Assembly (NCBI GenBank): GCA_030390025.1
Contig: CM059433.1
Coordinates: 18,168,001-18,232,000, forward strand
Source of the DNA: Squalus acanthias
Taxonomy: Eukaryota
Direction of reading: 5' to 3'
DNA length: 64,000 bases
Shown here: piece by piece, positions 1-12,084 of the stretch
Layout: each line of letters opens with the position of its first letter
Position numbering within the stretch: position 1 is the stretch's first letter
Translations under genes and position numbers: made by a program
The notes under the pieces: model-generated
What the model was told of the DNA's origin: nothing
Databases searched by the model: none
The model's input: the letters and a program-made list of their open reading frames with translations, nothing else

Positions 1-463
1 GGATTGTGTAAAGATCGTGATCAGTACCTCACACAATAGGATCAAACAGGTTTCAGTTACTGTCGTATCACCCGAAACTTCTGAACTCTGTTTTCTCCAC
101 GCTGCTTTCTAAAATTTAGTTCTACCATTGACCCTGCTTCCTTGCAGTACTGGATGGCAGAGTAGATTCCAGTACTCTTTTCCTATTATGATGAATTTAG
201 GAACGTAGCACAGTTACAAAATCATATTATTCACCAATCTACTTGCTTTATAAGGTTAATTTGAAATAATGAATTATCACAGCTTGGAAACAGCCAACAT
301 TGGAAAATGAATTAGCCAGCAGAGAATAAAAATTGATTTACTCCCCATTAAGGTTTCTGCAAAATCCGTGCCAATGTGCTCGAGTCCTGGAGTGGGGCAT
401 GAAACCACGACCTTTTAACAAGTTTGTCTCTTGATTCCTTTTTTCCCCAATTAAAACATTTTA

Positions 464-807
464 CAGGAAACTCTTTGGTATCCGGGACCGGGATGGTGCC
501 GGTTGATTAAAAATTCCGGATAACGGAGAGGTATATCTACCGAGGCTATTTGTAACAAACAAAAATAAAAAAAATCAAGAAATGTGCAGGATAAATTGGG
601 TACTCCCCTACAGAATGTTGTGTTAAATGGATGGTGGAAGATGCTTAAGTACAGTAATGTCAGTTGAGTGTAATCCATAACTCTTTATAAGTTTTGTTTT
701 ACTGTTAAGTAATTAAACAACTGTATACTGTAGTTTTCGGAGTATGAATTCTGCCGGTTATTAGAGAGTTCCGGATATTTAGGTGCCGTTTAAACGAGAG
801 TTTCCTG
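464..807. mobile_element. Tc1/mariner-pogo (Tigger-like) MITE
   Basis: TIRs CAGGAAACTCT ... AGAGTTTCCTG, flanked by TA on both sides (462-463, 808-809). Repeated CCGG(A/T)T subterminal motifs. No coding capacity. Confidence 0.8.
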
Positions 808-2468
808 TATTTGAAAAATTGGAGAACAAAACTAGTCACAAATACAAAGTTAATTTGCATCACTTTTACAGAATTGAAAGATGGTCAATCATTTTCCCCT
901 GGAAATTCAATAGATCAGTAATGCGGTGAACATAGGCACTGAATCTGTCAACTTTTATGATTTCTTCTCCCCATTCTTCCCACAAATGTGGCTTCCATTT
1001 GGAATGAAAATAAAAAGCCCCAGCGGCACTGTTTTCATCCCTCCCAGCAAATCTAGGTGGTTAGGTTCTGGCATGCCTCTAATAAACCCCAGGTAGACGA
1101 TGCTCCGGTTTCCCCAAAAACCTGGGCTGATTTTGGTTTCCGTTGTGCCCCACTTTTGGGTGGTAGAGGCCAGAAGGTCCATTGGAAATCAGTTGTGCCA
1201 GATTCTTGCTGGTTGTGGGCCCGGTAAAATATTTTGTTTGGGGTTGGAAGTATGAAGCTCCCACTGGTAGCAGGTGGGAGTTCCATTTACATGTGCAAAT
1301 GTGGGTGGGGAAGGGCACCATGCCATTTCCAGCCCACCAGCAAGCTGGATGCCGAGTCCCCAGCACAACCATGGAAACCTGGCAGGAAAGAGGTCTTGAG
1401 CAGACCTGTCGATGAGAGTGCATTTTAAAGGCCTACAGATTTCCCAAGCAAGTATCTTCGGGCTTTTAAAAAAAATATTTCAAGTGCCAATTTTCACTTT
1501 TTTTTTTACCCCGAGCTCCATTTATTGACATCGGAAGATTTACCGATAGGGATCTTCTAAGCTGATGGTTTTTGTAGGAAGAGGAGGAGCTGGAGAATAA
1601 TGGGCAGGTCAGGCTGCCTGAGAGACGCTTTGTGTCTTCCCGTGGCCACCTGCATCTCCACATCTACAAGAGAGAGGTAACGTACTCACCATGGCAGCCA
1701 TTGTGCTGCTGGGGGCACCTCTTCCCAGAGGACACTGTGCCAGAACACCCCCAGTGGTATCACGATGAGATGTGAATGTCTGACTGACCATTCTGAAGTG
1801 CCTAATCCCAGCCTGGCATGCTGTATATGCTACTGCATGAAAAAAGGCCTGCCAGAGCGACCAGGAGCCGACATTGCCTGTTTGATTGCACCTATTAAGA
1901 TGCCAACAACCATTTCTGCAGGCCCATGATGAGCCTACATGGTAATGGAGGGACCTGGCTTTCTTTACAGGGTGTGGGTCAGCAGAGGCTCAGATGCTTC
2001 GCTGTGACATATGTTGTAAGGACACCTGCAGCCACCATGCAGTATAGAGCTGACAAATGTGCTGGGGCAGTAACAGTCAGCTGCAGCCTAAGACTTATAA
2101 GTTGGCTAGTATAAGGGAGGTGGCATTGCTTAATGTCATTTGGACTGGCAAGTTATTTTGAGTAGCTCCAGTTAAGGTGCTGGACTGCAAAAGACATCAT
2201 AAACCATTCCCGGAAATGTGGTATGGGGCCCAAAGTTTAAAGTGAGGTGCTCTATGTGCCTTAGTAATCCATTGAAAGGTTTGTTTTAATGTATGCAGTG
2301 TGGAATTTAATTGTGCCTTGGTGCACTGTAAGCCAACTGGCTGTGGGTCGCCATGCTTTTTAGAGTTAAAATGACAGGTTTGTTCAGTATTCAACATCCA
2401 GGTTATGTGAGAACTACAGAGTTTAAAAAAAAAACCACAGGAATATCTTTAAATACACTTGTTATAAT

Positions 2469-3279
2469 GGGCCGGACTTTCCGACCCCCACGGGTGCGTA
2501 CGAGGTGTGTACACACCCGTAGGGGCCTCGCAAGTGCCGGTTTCAGGCATGCGCTAAAACCCGGCACTTCTGATCTGTCAAGAATTCTCTTCACAGATCA
2601 TCCGCCTGCCCGGGAGAAGGATGGAGAGTTCCGCTTTCTGCACAACCTCCGCCCGCTGAAAACCTTTAAATATCTTACGCCTGGTAAAAGCAGTCACTGA
2701 TTTATAATTTAAAAATACTTTTTAAAAAAGGTAAGTTTATTTATACGATAGCAAAATACTGCAGATGCTGGAAATCCGAAATAACAACAGAAAACGCTGG
2801 AAAAACTCAGCAGGCGAGGCAGCATCCGTGGAGAGAGAAACAGAGTTAACGTTTCAGGTTTATTTATAGCCCTGTAAAAACTTAATTATTTTTTCAAACA
2901 ATTAAATTTTTGTTTAAAATATTTAATTTAATGTCATTTTAATTCATTTTAAATGTGATTTAAAACAAAAATTATTTAATGTTTTACCGTGTTTTTTTAA
3001 GTGATCCCCATTCATACTTTTGACAGTTCTGTGCATAGAGACCTGTCAAAAGTGTGAAGGGGGACTTCCTTCTTTGATTGGTTCGCCATGGCCCACGTGA
3101 CCCCAGGGACGCTTGCGAACCGCCTGCGCCCCTGGGATACCTGGACCTCTGCGCATTTCGTAGAGCAGAGGCCCAGGATCGCAAGTCTCGGGACCTACGG
3201 AGCCAGCAGGTAAGTGCGTAGATTTTTTCCGATCGGAGGCATCCGCCCGCAGGAAGGCTCCGATCGGAAATTCAGGCCC
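2469..3279 (+). mobile_element. Non-autonomous TIR element, family A (hairpin-rich MITE, possibly PHIS/Harbinger-ISL2EU group), copy 1
   Basis: Ends GGGCCGGACTTTCCGA ... TCGGAAATTCAGGCCC with AT on both flanks. GC-rich palindromic arms around an AT-rich core. Related copies at 59784 and 62103 in the opposite orientation. Confidence 0.75.
2746..2857 (-). mobile_element. Penelope-like family 1, 3' terminal fragment nested in MITE A
   Basis: Matches the reverse complement of the tail of the 44428-45563 element. 11-bp TSD GTTTATTTATA at 2735-2745 and 2858-2868. Confidence 0.75.
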
Positions 3280-5726
3280 ATTGTATCATTTTTCAGGAAC
3301 TCAGTTTTACCACAGCACTTCCCAAAAATAACTCCTTTGCCACTTTACAGGGAACTGATGAATTTTCCTAAAAGTCTGGGGATTTCACTGTTCAGAGGAA
3401 AATGCTGAGGTTGCATGATGTTTTAGTTATTGGGAATCACAGTTACACATTTTAAGGTACCGTTCCAAATTTAAGTAAAAGTTATGAAATAAGAAACTAC
3501 TTTAGAAGAGTTTTGGTAATATGTTGGAATTGTACCTTTAAGGTCTGAACCTACAAAATACTCTGAAATTCAGATGCCGGGAATCTGGCGAAGGGATGCT
3601 GAATCCATGTTTTGCCAGAGAAACAGATGCCTTGCCCACATGGACACGAAAACTAACATTTTATACAGTAAGGAATTTGGCCAGCTGTCAACATAAAAGG
3701 TACTCATTTGCGAGAACCACTTTAGATTTGATATCAGCAGGCCTTTTCTTTGTCAAATATTGAGAAATTAAGTTACATTTGAAATGGTGGGAATCAGATG
3801 GGGCCGAACACCCAGCAAGTCTGCTCCTGCAGTGGTTAATATCGGTCGGACCTCCCACTCCTGCTCCTCCTGGCCCCACAATGGTCAGTTTAAAATTTGC
3901 CCTTTAAGGCTTCCGCTTCTTCCCCGACAGGTTTTCTACTGAGTGGGGTGGCTACTGTTAAAATGTCACCGAGTCCTATATCCATCATTAGCAAATATTA
4001 ATGAGGCTCGTGCCTGAGTCAGGTGGGCATATCAGCCGCCAGCAAAAACAATGTTAAATCTACTGTGGAGCAGAAATGGAGCACCAACCTGGTGAAGCTG
4101 CAACACAAGACTGCGTGCGTGCTAAGCAAAGGAAGCAGCTTGCTTTAGACAGAGCCAAGCAACCCCACAATCAACAGATCAGATCAAAGCTCTGCAGTCC
4201 TGCCACATCCAGTCATGAATGGTGGTGGATAATTAAACAACTAACTGGAGGAGGAGGCTCCATGTATATCCCCATCCTCAATGATGGCGGAGCCTAGCAC
4301 GCAAGTGCAAAAGACAAGGCTGAAGCGTTTGCAGCCATCTTCAGCCAGAAGTGCCGAGTGGATGATCCATCTCGGCCTCCTCCTGAGGTCCCCACTATCA
4401 CAGATGCCAGTTTTCAGCTAATTCGATTCACACATGATCTCAAGAAACACTGAGCGCACTGGATACAGAAAAGGCTATGGGCCCTGACAATATCACAGCT
4501 ATTCCATTAAAACTACAATAGAGGCATCTGACAAAGTGGAAAATCACCCAGGTATATCCTGTCCACAAAAAGCAGGACAAATCCAATCCAATCCCATCAG
4601 CCTACTCTCAAATATCAGCAAAGTGATGGAAGGTGTCGTCAACAGTGCTATCAAGCGGCACTTATTCACCAATAACCTGCTCAGTTTGGGTTCTGCCAGG
4701 ACCACTCGGCTCCAGACCTCATTACAGCCTTGGTCCAAACATGGACAAAAGAGCTGAATTCCAGAGGTGAGGTGAGAGTGACTGCCCTTGACATCAAGGC
4801 AGCATTTGACCAAGTGTGGCACCAAGGAGCCCTAGTAAAATTGTAGTCACTGGAGATCAGGGAAAACTCTCCACTGACTGGAGTCATACCTAGCAGAAAT
4901 GTTGTGGTTGTTGGAGGCCAATCATCACAGCCCCAGGACATCACTGCAGGAGTTCCTCAGGGCAGTGTCCTAGGCCCAACCACCTTCAGCTGCTTCATCA
5001 ATGACCTTCCCTCCATCGTAAGGTCAGAAGTGGGAATGTTCGCTGATGATTGCAGTGTTCAGTTCCATTCGCAACTCCTCAGATAATGAAACAGTCTGTG
5101 CCTACATGCAGCATGACCCGGACAACATTCAGGCTTGGGCTGATAAGTGGCAAGTAACATTCACGCCACACAAGTGCCAGGCAGTGACCATCTCCAACAA
5201 GAGAGTGTCTTACCACCTCCCCTTGACATTCAATGGCATTACCAATGCCGAATCCCCCACCATCAACATCCCGGGAGGGCCACCATTGACCAGAAACTTA
5301 ACTTGATCAACCACATAAATACTGTGGCTGCAAGAGCAGGCCAGAGGCTGGGTATTCTGTGGAGAGTGACTCACCTCCTGACTCCCCAAAGACTTTCCAC
5401 CATCTACATGGCACAAGTCAGGAGTGTGATGGAATACTCTCCACTTGCCTGGATGAGTGCAGCTCCAACAACACTCAAGAAGCTCGACACCATCCAGGAC
5501 AAAGCAGCCTGCTTGATCAGCGCCCTGTCTACCACCTTAAACATTCACTCCCATTCCCACTGGTGCACCGTGGCTGCAGTGTGTACCATCTACAAGATGC
5601 ACTGCAGCAACTCGCCAAAGTTTCTTCGACAGCCCCTCCTAAACCCGCAACCTCTACCACCTAGAAGGACAAGGGCAGCAGGCGGTACCTCCAAGTCACA
5701 CACCATCCTGACTTGGAAATATATTG

Positions 5727-6162
5727 AGGTCGCACAACACCAGGTTATAGTCCAACAGTTTTATTTGAAATCACAAGCTTTCGGAGCTATCGATCGCCCC
5801 TTCCTCAGGTGAAGTAGTAAAGAAATACAGACTCGACAAAGCATATATAGATAGAGAACAATGCATGTGTACCTTACAATTGCAGACAACTAAATTAAAT
5901 CATCCTGACTATCTGCCGAGGTGTGATAAAGTTAATCAGGTCAGCCAGGAAGGTACCACATCAAAGACCTAGCAAGATACAACTGAGACAATGAGGTGGA
6001 GTCGCAGGGGGTCTAACGTGTCAAAAGCTGCCGTCTGTATGTAAAACGATAAGCTGTAAAAAAAAATTTCTTTTTTACTGGGAATCACATCTGTGAACAA
6101 GCCAACGACGACTCGAGTCCGGATCACGTCATGTATCGTGACATAAACCCAAGATCCCGGTT
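5727..6162 (-). mobile_element. Penelope-like family 2, 3' fragment nested in the LINE
   Basis: Homologous to 63295-63645, including the end of the GIY-YIG ORF (NRDLGFMS). 8-bp TSD ATATATTG at 5719-5726 and 6163-6170. Confidence 0.8.
5771..5812 (-). ncRNA. Minimal hammerhead ribozyme (Penelope family 2)
   Basis: Minus strand reads TCAC-CTGAGGA-a-GGGGC...GCTCC-GAAA-GC-TT-GTGA. Both core boxes, stems I and II, and palindromic AAGCTT at stem III are present. Confidence 0.75.
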
Positions 6163-7806
6163 ATATATTGCCATTCCTTCATCGCTGGGTCAAAATCCTA
6201 GAACTCCTTACTTAACAGCACTGTGGGAGTACTTTCACCATACAGACTGCAGCGGTTCAAGAAGGAAGCTCACCATCACCTTTGCAAGGGTAATTAGTGA
6301 TGGGCAATAAATGCCCACATCCCTAATTGCCCTCGAAGGTGGTAAGTAAATAAAAAGAGCTGCTCAATTTTAACTCGTTTCTACTGGGCAGAGGGAGTTA
6401 AAGTTCCCCCTGAAGTCTTCAAGGTAGCTAGTATCCAGAAAACAATTGAAATTTGAGTAGTGGTAACATTTTAGATGTTTTGAAAGCCTTTGTAAGTATG
6501 TACAATAGAACCGGAATGGATTCCTACCTGTTACAAGTTTAAAATGTCTTGTGAATTGATTTCATTAGGTAGCAACGTTTTGACCCTGCCCCACTTAATG
6601 CATCAGCTCAGCAGCACGTGCACTTTTGCAGTGTATTCTCAACTCTGTGTAAAATGTGTAATTCAGTCTGTTAAAACGGCCTTTACATCTATTAGCTATC
6701 TTAAAACTAGCTTCTGGTTAATTGAGCATTTGTGTAACAAAAATAAAATCCAATTTATCTTTTAGTTCATGATTGTGAATCGAGGAGTTGAAAATTCTAC
6801 AAGACTGTGTTCTGGTGCCTACTTTGAGATTATTTTATCAGAAATACTTCCTAAAGTAAAAAGCAGCACAGAACTACAGTAGTATGTTGCACTAAAAATG
6901 CTAAATGCCAGTGTGTTTACACAGTATGTTTGCAACATCTATTGGTGACACTCAAGTACTGCAACTGTATAGTAATGACTGACCTACACCTATGTGTCCT
7001 AAATATATTTACCTAGATTATTAAAAATCTTCTTTTACCTAATATTGTATGCTTATAATATTGCAAGCCACTAACATTCATTAGTTTAGAGCAACTACTT
7101 AACATCATGGACCAATCAGGAAAATAAAATTTCTACTCTTTGGCTATTATGGTAGTTCCTATCCGTATGTCAGCTCTTGTCCTTCCTTTCTCAGTAAATT
7201 CTCCATTTGGACATTTTTCCCACTCCGCTTCTGGGGCTAAACCTTGGTTTCACTCTCTGAGATCTGCCCAAGTGCTCCAGCTCTGCTCCCCAAAGCCTGT
7301 CCTGAGTACCATCGCTCCCTCACAAATGACCCAGTGGTTCTCCGATGCACCAGACAATTGTGTTGTGGTTTCAGATTTAACATGACAGGAACTGATCCAT
7401 TGTAGAAATACAGCCCTGGCTCCCCCCTCACAACTTCTTTCCACTCCTGGTTCAATCCAGGCCCCAGTCTGCCACTCTGCACAGTCCTCAAATGGTACCT
7501 CTCCACCTATCTCCAGTACCCACCCAACATGTTGGTTGCCATTTAGATACAATGCAAATTGAGCAAATAAGTGAAGGAACATTTGAGAGAGATGTCTCCT
7601 CTCTCGCATGGAGATGAAAGGGAATGGAACTTGCATAAAGGGGAAGACAATGACAGTCTGAGAATGTTCACTCCTGTATCTGGAAGTAACTTTGTCAGAT
7701 TGTAGTTTGGTTATTACTCAAATGACTAAGGAGGATATTGAATGCAAATAGGTGCATATTATTAAGGGTAAATTTATAAAAGGTAAAATATAGTAACTAA
7801 AGATAT

Positions 7807-8512
7807 GGGGGTAGAGTTTCGGTTTTGGGCACAATTGGCGATCCGGACATAAATTGGGCCGTTTTGAGAAATGTGTTTTATCTCCCTCGAGTTTCTGCTC
7901 AGTCATTTGCATATCACCGAACACAAAATCTGCCATGAACCAGCGCAATTGGCCATTGTTTTACAACATAAAAAATGTGCTTTAAAAAAAATTCCTTGAT
8001 ATATTTAAGAGTGGTAACTTGGTGCAGTTTGATTAATACAGCTGAAAATGGGTTTATCACAAAAAATAAGCATTTTTAATCAGTGTCAATCCACCACCTG
8101 TGAGTAACCCAATTTTAAATGACTGAAAATGACTTTTTAAAAAAATATATACAGAACCATTTGCTAGTTATATTAGGGTACAGTAGTCAGTTCCTTAGTA
8201 AATTAAAAAAAAATTACATTCAAAAGCTTTTGAAACGTCCCTATTAGTTTCCTTGCGCCCAAAAGAACCAGCTCAATTTTTAGATTCTCCTCGAAGGCCT
8301 GCAAACGAGCGCAATTAGCGGAAACTCCCAATGGTGATTAAATCATCCTGGGGGCGTGGGCAGGGCTGGCTTCTAGCGCAATGTTTTTTGAACAAGCGCA
8401 AAAGATAGCGGAAACACGATTTGCTGAATGTAATTTGCGCTGAAAAGTCCGCAATCTTTTGCGCGGGTTGTGTCAAAAGAAACCAGCACAACTGAGTTGA
8501 AAGTCTACTCTG
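7807..8512 (+). mobile_element. Non-autonomous TIR element, family B, copy 1
   Basis: Ends GGGGGTAGAGTTTC ... GAAAGTCTACTCTG with AT flanks. The interior is the reverse complement of 31096-31750. Confidence 0.7.
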
Positions 8513-8844
8513 ATTCCCCCAAAACCCCCTCTCCTCCCGGGACTAAGTGGATAACTGCAATATCCGATAAGATATTGAGGCATGTGGACCAAGAAGATCC
8601 TCGATTTGATCCCCATTCTCTACTATGTTCGGCAATTTCAGTAAGGGCAGTGTTGGGACTGCTTCATTTAACATTGGGTCCTTGGATCAGAGTGAGGGGA
8701 AAAATGCCTGAGATTCCCATTCCTGATTGCTGTGTAGTGATCCCTGCTGGAAAAGTATGTCTAGTGAAGGTAGGAACAGTTACAAAAATATACTGCAGTT
8801 GGTTGTCCTTTTCATTTGTTAATTCTTTGCTTCTTTTCCTCCAG

Positions 8845-9024
8845 GTGACTTGTAATTGCCCAGAACCTCCTATGTTACTATAAACTTGTATGGACTGGTC
8901 ACAAGGCACTTTGGATGTGGAGACAAATTTCGTTTTTGCTGTTTGAATTTTCTTGACCGGACAACCAAAAATTGATTGTTTACAATACAAGCTTCACCTG
9001 AACATGATTCCTTCAGCTGACAAA
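8845..9024 (+). other. CLN8: 5' UTR part of the CLN8 first coding exon
   Basis: Strong polypyrimidine acceptor TTCTTTTCCTCCAG ending at 8844. An upstream non-coding exon is expected but was not located. Confidence 0.65.
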
Positions 9025-9567
9025 ATGAATTCCTTCCACAACATTAGCACTTCAGAAAGCCTTTTTGACATGAACTATTTTTCTTGGAATGTCCGTTGCA
9101 ATGTGATTGCTGCTGGTTTTCTATTCTATTCTGTAGTCTTCATTTTTTCTCATGTGTTGTGCCTTGTACTGTCTGTGACCTACTGTTCTTTGCCAGCAAA
9201 GGAGAAGGTCTTCTGGAATCTCGCTGTCACTCGTGGTGTTTTTGGAGTCCAGGGCATAGTTGCAGGTCTTTGGGCTCTCCTTAGAGATCCGGTCTTGCAT
9301 GCGGATAAAATGCTAGGTCAACAGAACTGGTGTTGGTTCAATATCTTAACAGCATTTGGCTTCTTTGTGTTTGAGAATGCAGCTTTTCATGGGTCCAATG
9401 TAGTTTTCAAAACATTTGATGTGACCCTGGCTATCCATCACTTTTTTGCCCTTTCTGGTTTTGCCAGTGCTTTGATATGGGACAGTTTAGGCCACTATTT
9501 GCCCATGGTGATACTATTGTTGGAGATGAGCACTCCATTCACTTGCGTTTCTTGGATGCTGTTGAAG
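9025..9567 (+). CDS. CLN8: CLN8 (TLC-domain ER/ERGIC membrane protein), first coding exon
   Basis: [18 protein letters not shown]...EKVFWNLA...DPVLHADK...HHFFAL...[17 protein letters not shown] matches my recollection of human CLN8. Donor AAG|GTAAGA at 9567/9568, phase 0. Alternative in-frame ATG at 9004. Confidence 0.96.
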
Positions 9568-9920
9568 GTAAGAACATTAATTTTGCTCCATCTTAAAAGA
9601 AACGATGGGAACAAAAGAAATAGGATCATAACATTAGGGCTGTGTTTAGAATTTCTGTTTCAGATGGCTGAAACCAAATACATTTGTGTTTTTCATAGTG
9701 TTTATTCCTTGGAACAGGATACTGATTCTGAAGTTGGAGATTTGGCTCCAATTAAATTTCTGTTATAATTCCAAACGCACATCTGTCTAATCATATTAGT
9801 AAATCCAGGCTGCAGTACCACTGAGATTTTCTGCTGGCGAGCTAAAGACAGTGATTCCTAATAGCTCAGTAGTTCCACCAACAGGAACATAGTAGTTCTG
9901 ACGCTATTTCTGAAGCACAC

Positions 9921-10046
9921 GTACATGCCTCTGTCTTGCTGCAAATTTAGGAAGTGCCACTATTTTCAGAAAAATATGTAGTACATGCCATGCTCTGTCT
10001 TGCTGCAAATTTAGGAAGTGCCACTATTTTCAGAAAAATATGTAGT
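9921..10046. repeat. Tandem duplication of about 62 bp in the CLN8 intron
   Basis: CTCTGTCTTGCTGCAAATTTAGGAAGTGCCACTATTTTCAGAAAAATATGTAGT occurs twice head to tail. Confidence 0.9.
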
Positions 10047-10806
10047 CTACTAATGTTTCAAATTTTTTTTTGCTCTTAAAAAAAATTGAACTATCTAATA
10101 TTTGAATTAAGCAATGTAAATATAACCGCATAGTGGGAATTTAATCATGCAAAAAAATAAATTATTGGGTAATTGAAATTCAGTGTCATTGAATTAAGAC
10201 AAATATATTGTACTATAGCTTCCCTAATTCTGCCCATACTCAATGCTGCTAAATGAAATTACCTCCAATATCTTGCCACAGCATAAGCATTTGCTGGCTT
10301 GTGAGCTCTATGGAATGCTTTTTAGTTCAAACATGTTGCTGCTTTTACAAAGTGTATTCATATGGAATACTGATGAGACTTCAGTAAATACAATCTACTT
10401 CTATTTATATAATAAAACCAAGTGAATCAATAATGGCAATGAAAAGAAAAAAAAATACAGATGTTGGAAATCTGCTTTCAGACCAGCAAAGTGTTGGAAA
10501 TAGACAGGTACAGCATCTGGAAGCGGAAAGCTAAATTACCATTTTGGGGCGAGATCTTTCATCGGGTTTCTACTCAAAATGTTTGTGCGAACGGTCTTGC
10601 TTGTTTAATAATTGTATCTGATCGTGCACATTAAGGTATCACATGATGGGGTGAAAGCAGTCGATATAACTGGCTTGCTTCTGAAGGTGCTGTGTCATGT
10701 TGGAATACAGTTCACTGTGCCACAGTTATCCTCAAGTAGCTTGCTGAAACACTCATTCTTCATGTATGTCAGCAGGATGTTTGACCACAGGGGGCATCAC
10801 GCCTGA

Positions 10807-11245
10807 CATAAGAACATAAGAAATAGGAGCAGGAGTAGGCCATTCGGCCCTTCGAGCCTGCTCCGCCATTCAATGAGATCATGGCTGATCTTCTGCCTCA
10901 ACTCTATTCACCGGCCCTATCGCCATATCCCTTGATGCCTTTACTAGTCAGAAATCTATCGACTTCTGTTTTGAATATACCCAATGACTGAGCCTGCACA
11001 GCCCTCTGGGGTAGAGAATTCCAAAGATTCACCACCCTCTGAAGAAATTTTTTCTCATCTCAGTCCTGAATGGCCTATCCTTTATCCTGAGGCTGTGGGC
11101 CCTGGTTCCAGACTCCCCAGCCAAGGGAAACATTCTCCCAGCATCCACCCTGTAATAATTTTGTATGCTTCAATGAGATCCCTTCATTCTTCTGAATTCA
11201 AGAGAATACAGGCCTAGTTTACTCAATCTCTTCTCATACGACAGA
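10807..11245 (-). mobile_element. CR1 LINE 3' fragment
   Basis: (ACATAAGA)n tail and CR1 3' UTR, near-identical to 53600-54000. Confidence 0.85.
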
Positions 11246-11499
11246 CCTCTATGAAGCCCACACATCCACATTTCTGGCAGAGTTCACTAGATAGCAACCG
11301 AGAATGGGAAACCCAATTGATTTCCCCATTCCCCCCAACCCATGGGTGCTGAAGCCAATTGAAGCAGCCCCGAATGCTGCCCCAACCAAGACAAAACAGA
11401 TTGGGACTGAACCTGGGACCTTCTTGGATTGTGTGGCTCAGATACTCACTTTCTTAATCAGCTGCGATATTGGGAATCAGCAATTCAGTTACTTAAGTT

Positions 11500-11970
11500 G
11501 AGCTTGAGGAACAGCACCTCCTCTTTGGATTAGGCACTTTACAGCCTCCTGGACTCAACATTGAGTTCAACAATTTCAGACCATAACCTCTGCCCCTATT
11601 TTTTCACATGGCAGCTGTTGATGATTCTGCTATTACCATTTACACCCCTTCTAGACTCATCTTTTTGTTTCTTTACTTGTCCCATTACCATCTCCTTTTG
11701 CTTTGTACTATCATCCCTTTTGTCATTTAATCACTCCTGCCTTCCATCCTACCACAGACCTTCCCTTTTGTTCTTTCCTCCCCTCCCCCCTTTCCCTGCC
11801 CCTGCACTTGCTTAAAACTTGTTACATCTCTAACTTTTTCCAGTTCTGACGAAAGGTCATCAACCTGAAACCTTCACTCTGTTTTTCTCTTCACAGATGC
11901 TGCCTGACCTGCTGATTATTTCCTGTTTTTATTTCAAGTTTCCAGCATCCGCAGTATTTTGCTTTTGTCT
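11500..11970 (+). mobile_element. Penelope-like family 1, 3' fragment with a degenerate hammerhead (11842-11878)
   Basis: End of the GIY-YIG ORF (LEEQHL...LGTLQPPGLNIEFNNFR), then CTGACGA...GAAA. Confidence 0.8.
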
Positions 11971-12084
11971 GTGTGCTGTATTTTAACTATGTTTAAAGAT
12001 CACAGTACAATTTGAGGGAGCGAGGACAAATTTTGAGTTTGCCACAATATGTCTTAATTGTTTCTTTTAATCTTCCTTACCTAG

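Larger units (their letters stand above)
4065..6350 (+). mobile_element. Degraded non-LTR retrotransposon (CR1-group LINE family B), RT and 3' end
   Basis: Frameshifted RT motifs ([36 protein letters not shown]). The 3' tail is shared with copies at 40115, 50296 and 51240. Confidence 0.85.

Noticed and set aside
1100..2130. Cluster of short ORFs or a possible gene
   Set aside because: No recognisable domains. It looks like decayed repeat or MITE-derived sequence that I cannot classify.
8953..9768. 271-aa single-exon ORF as the complete CLN8
   Set aside because: It begins at a TTG and reads through the GT donor at 9568 into the intron. The true C-terminus is in 12085-12399.
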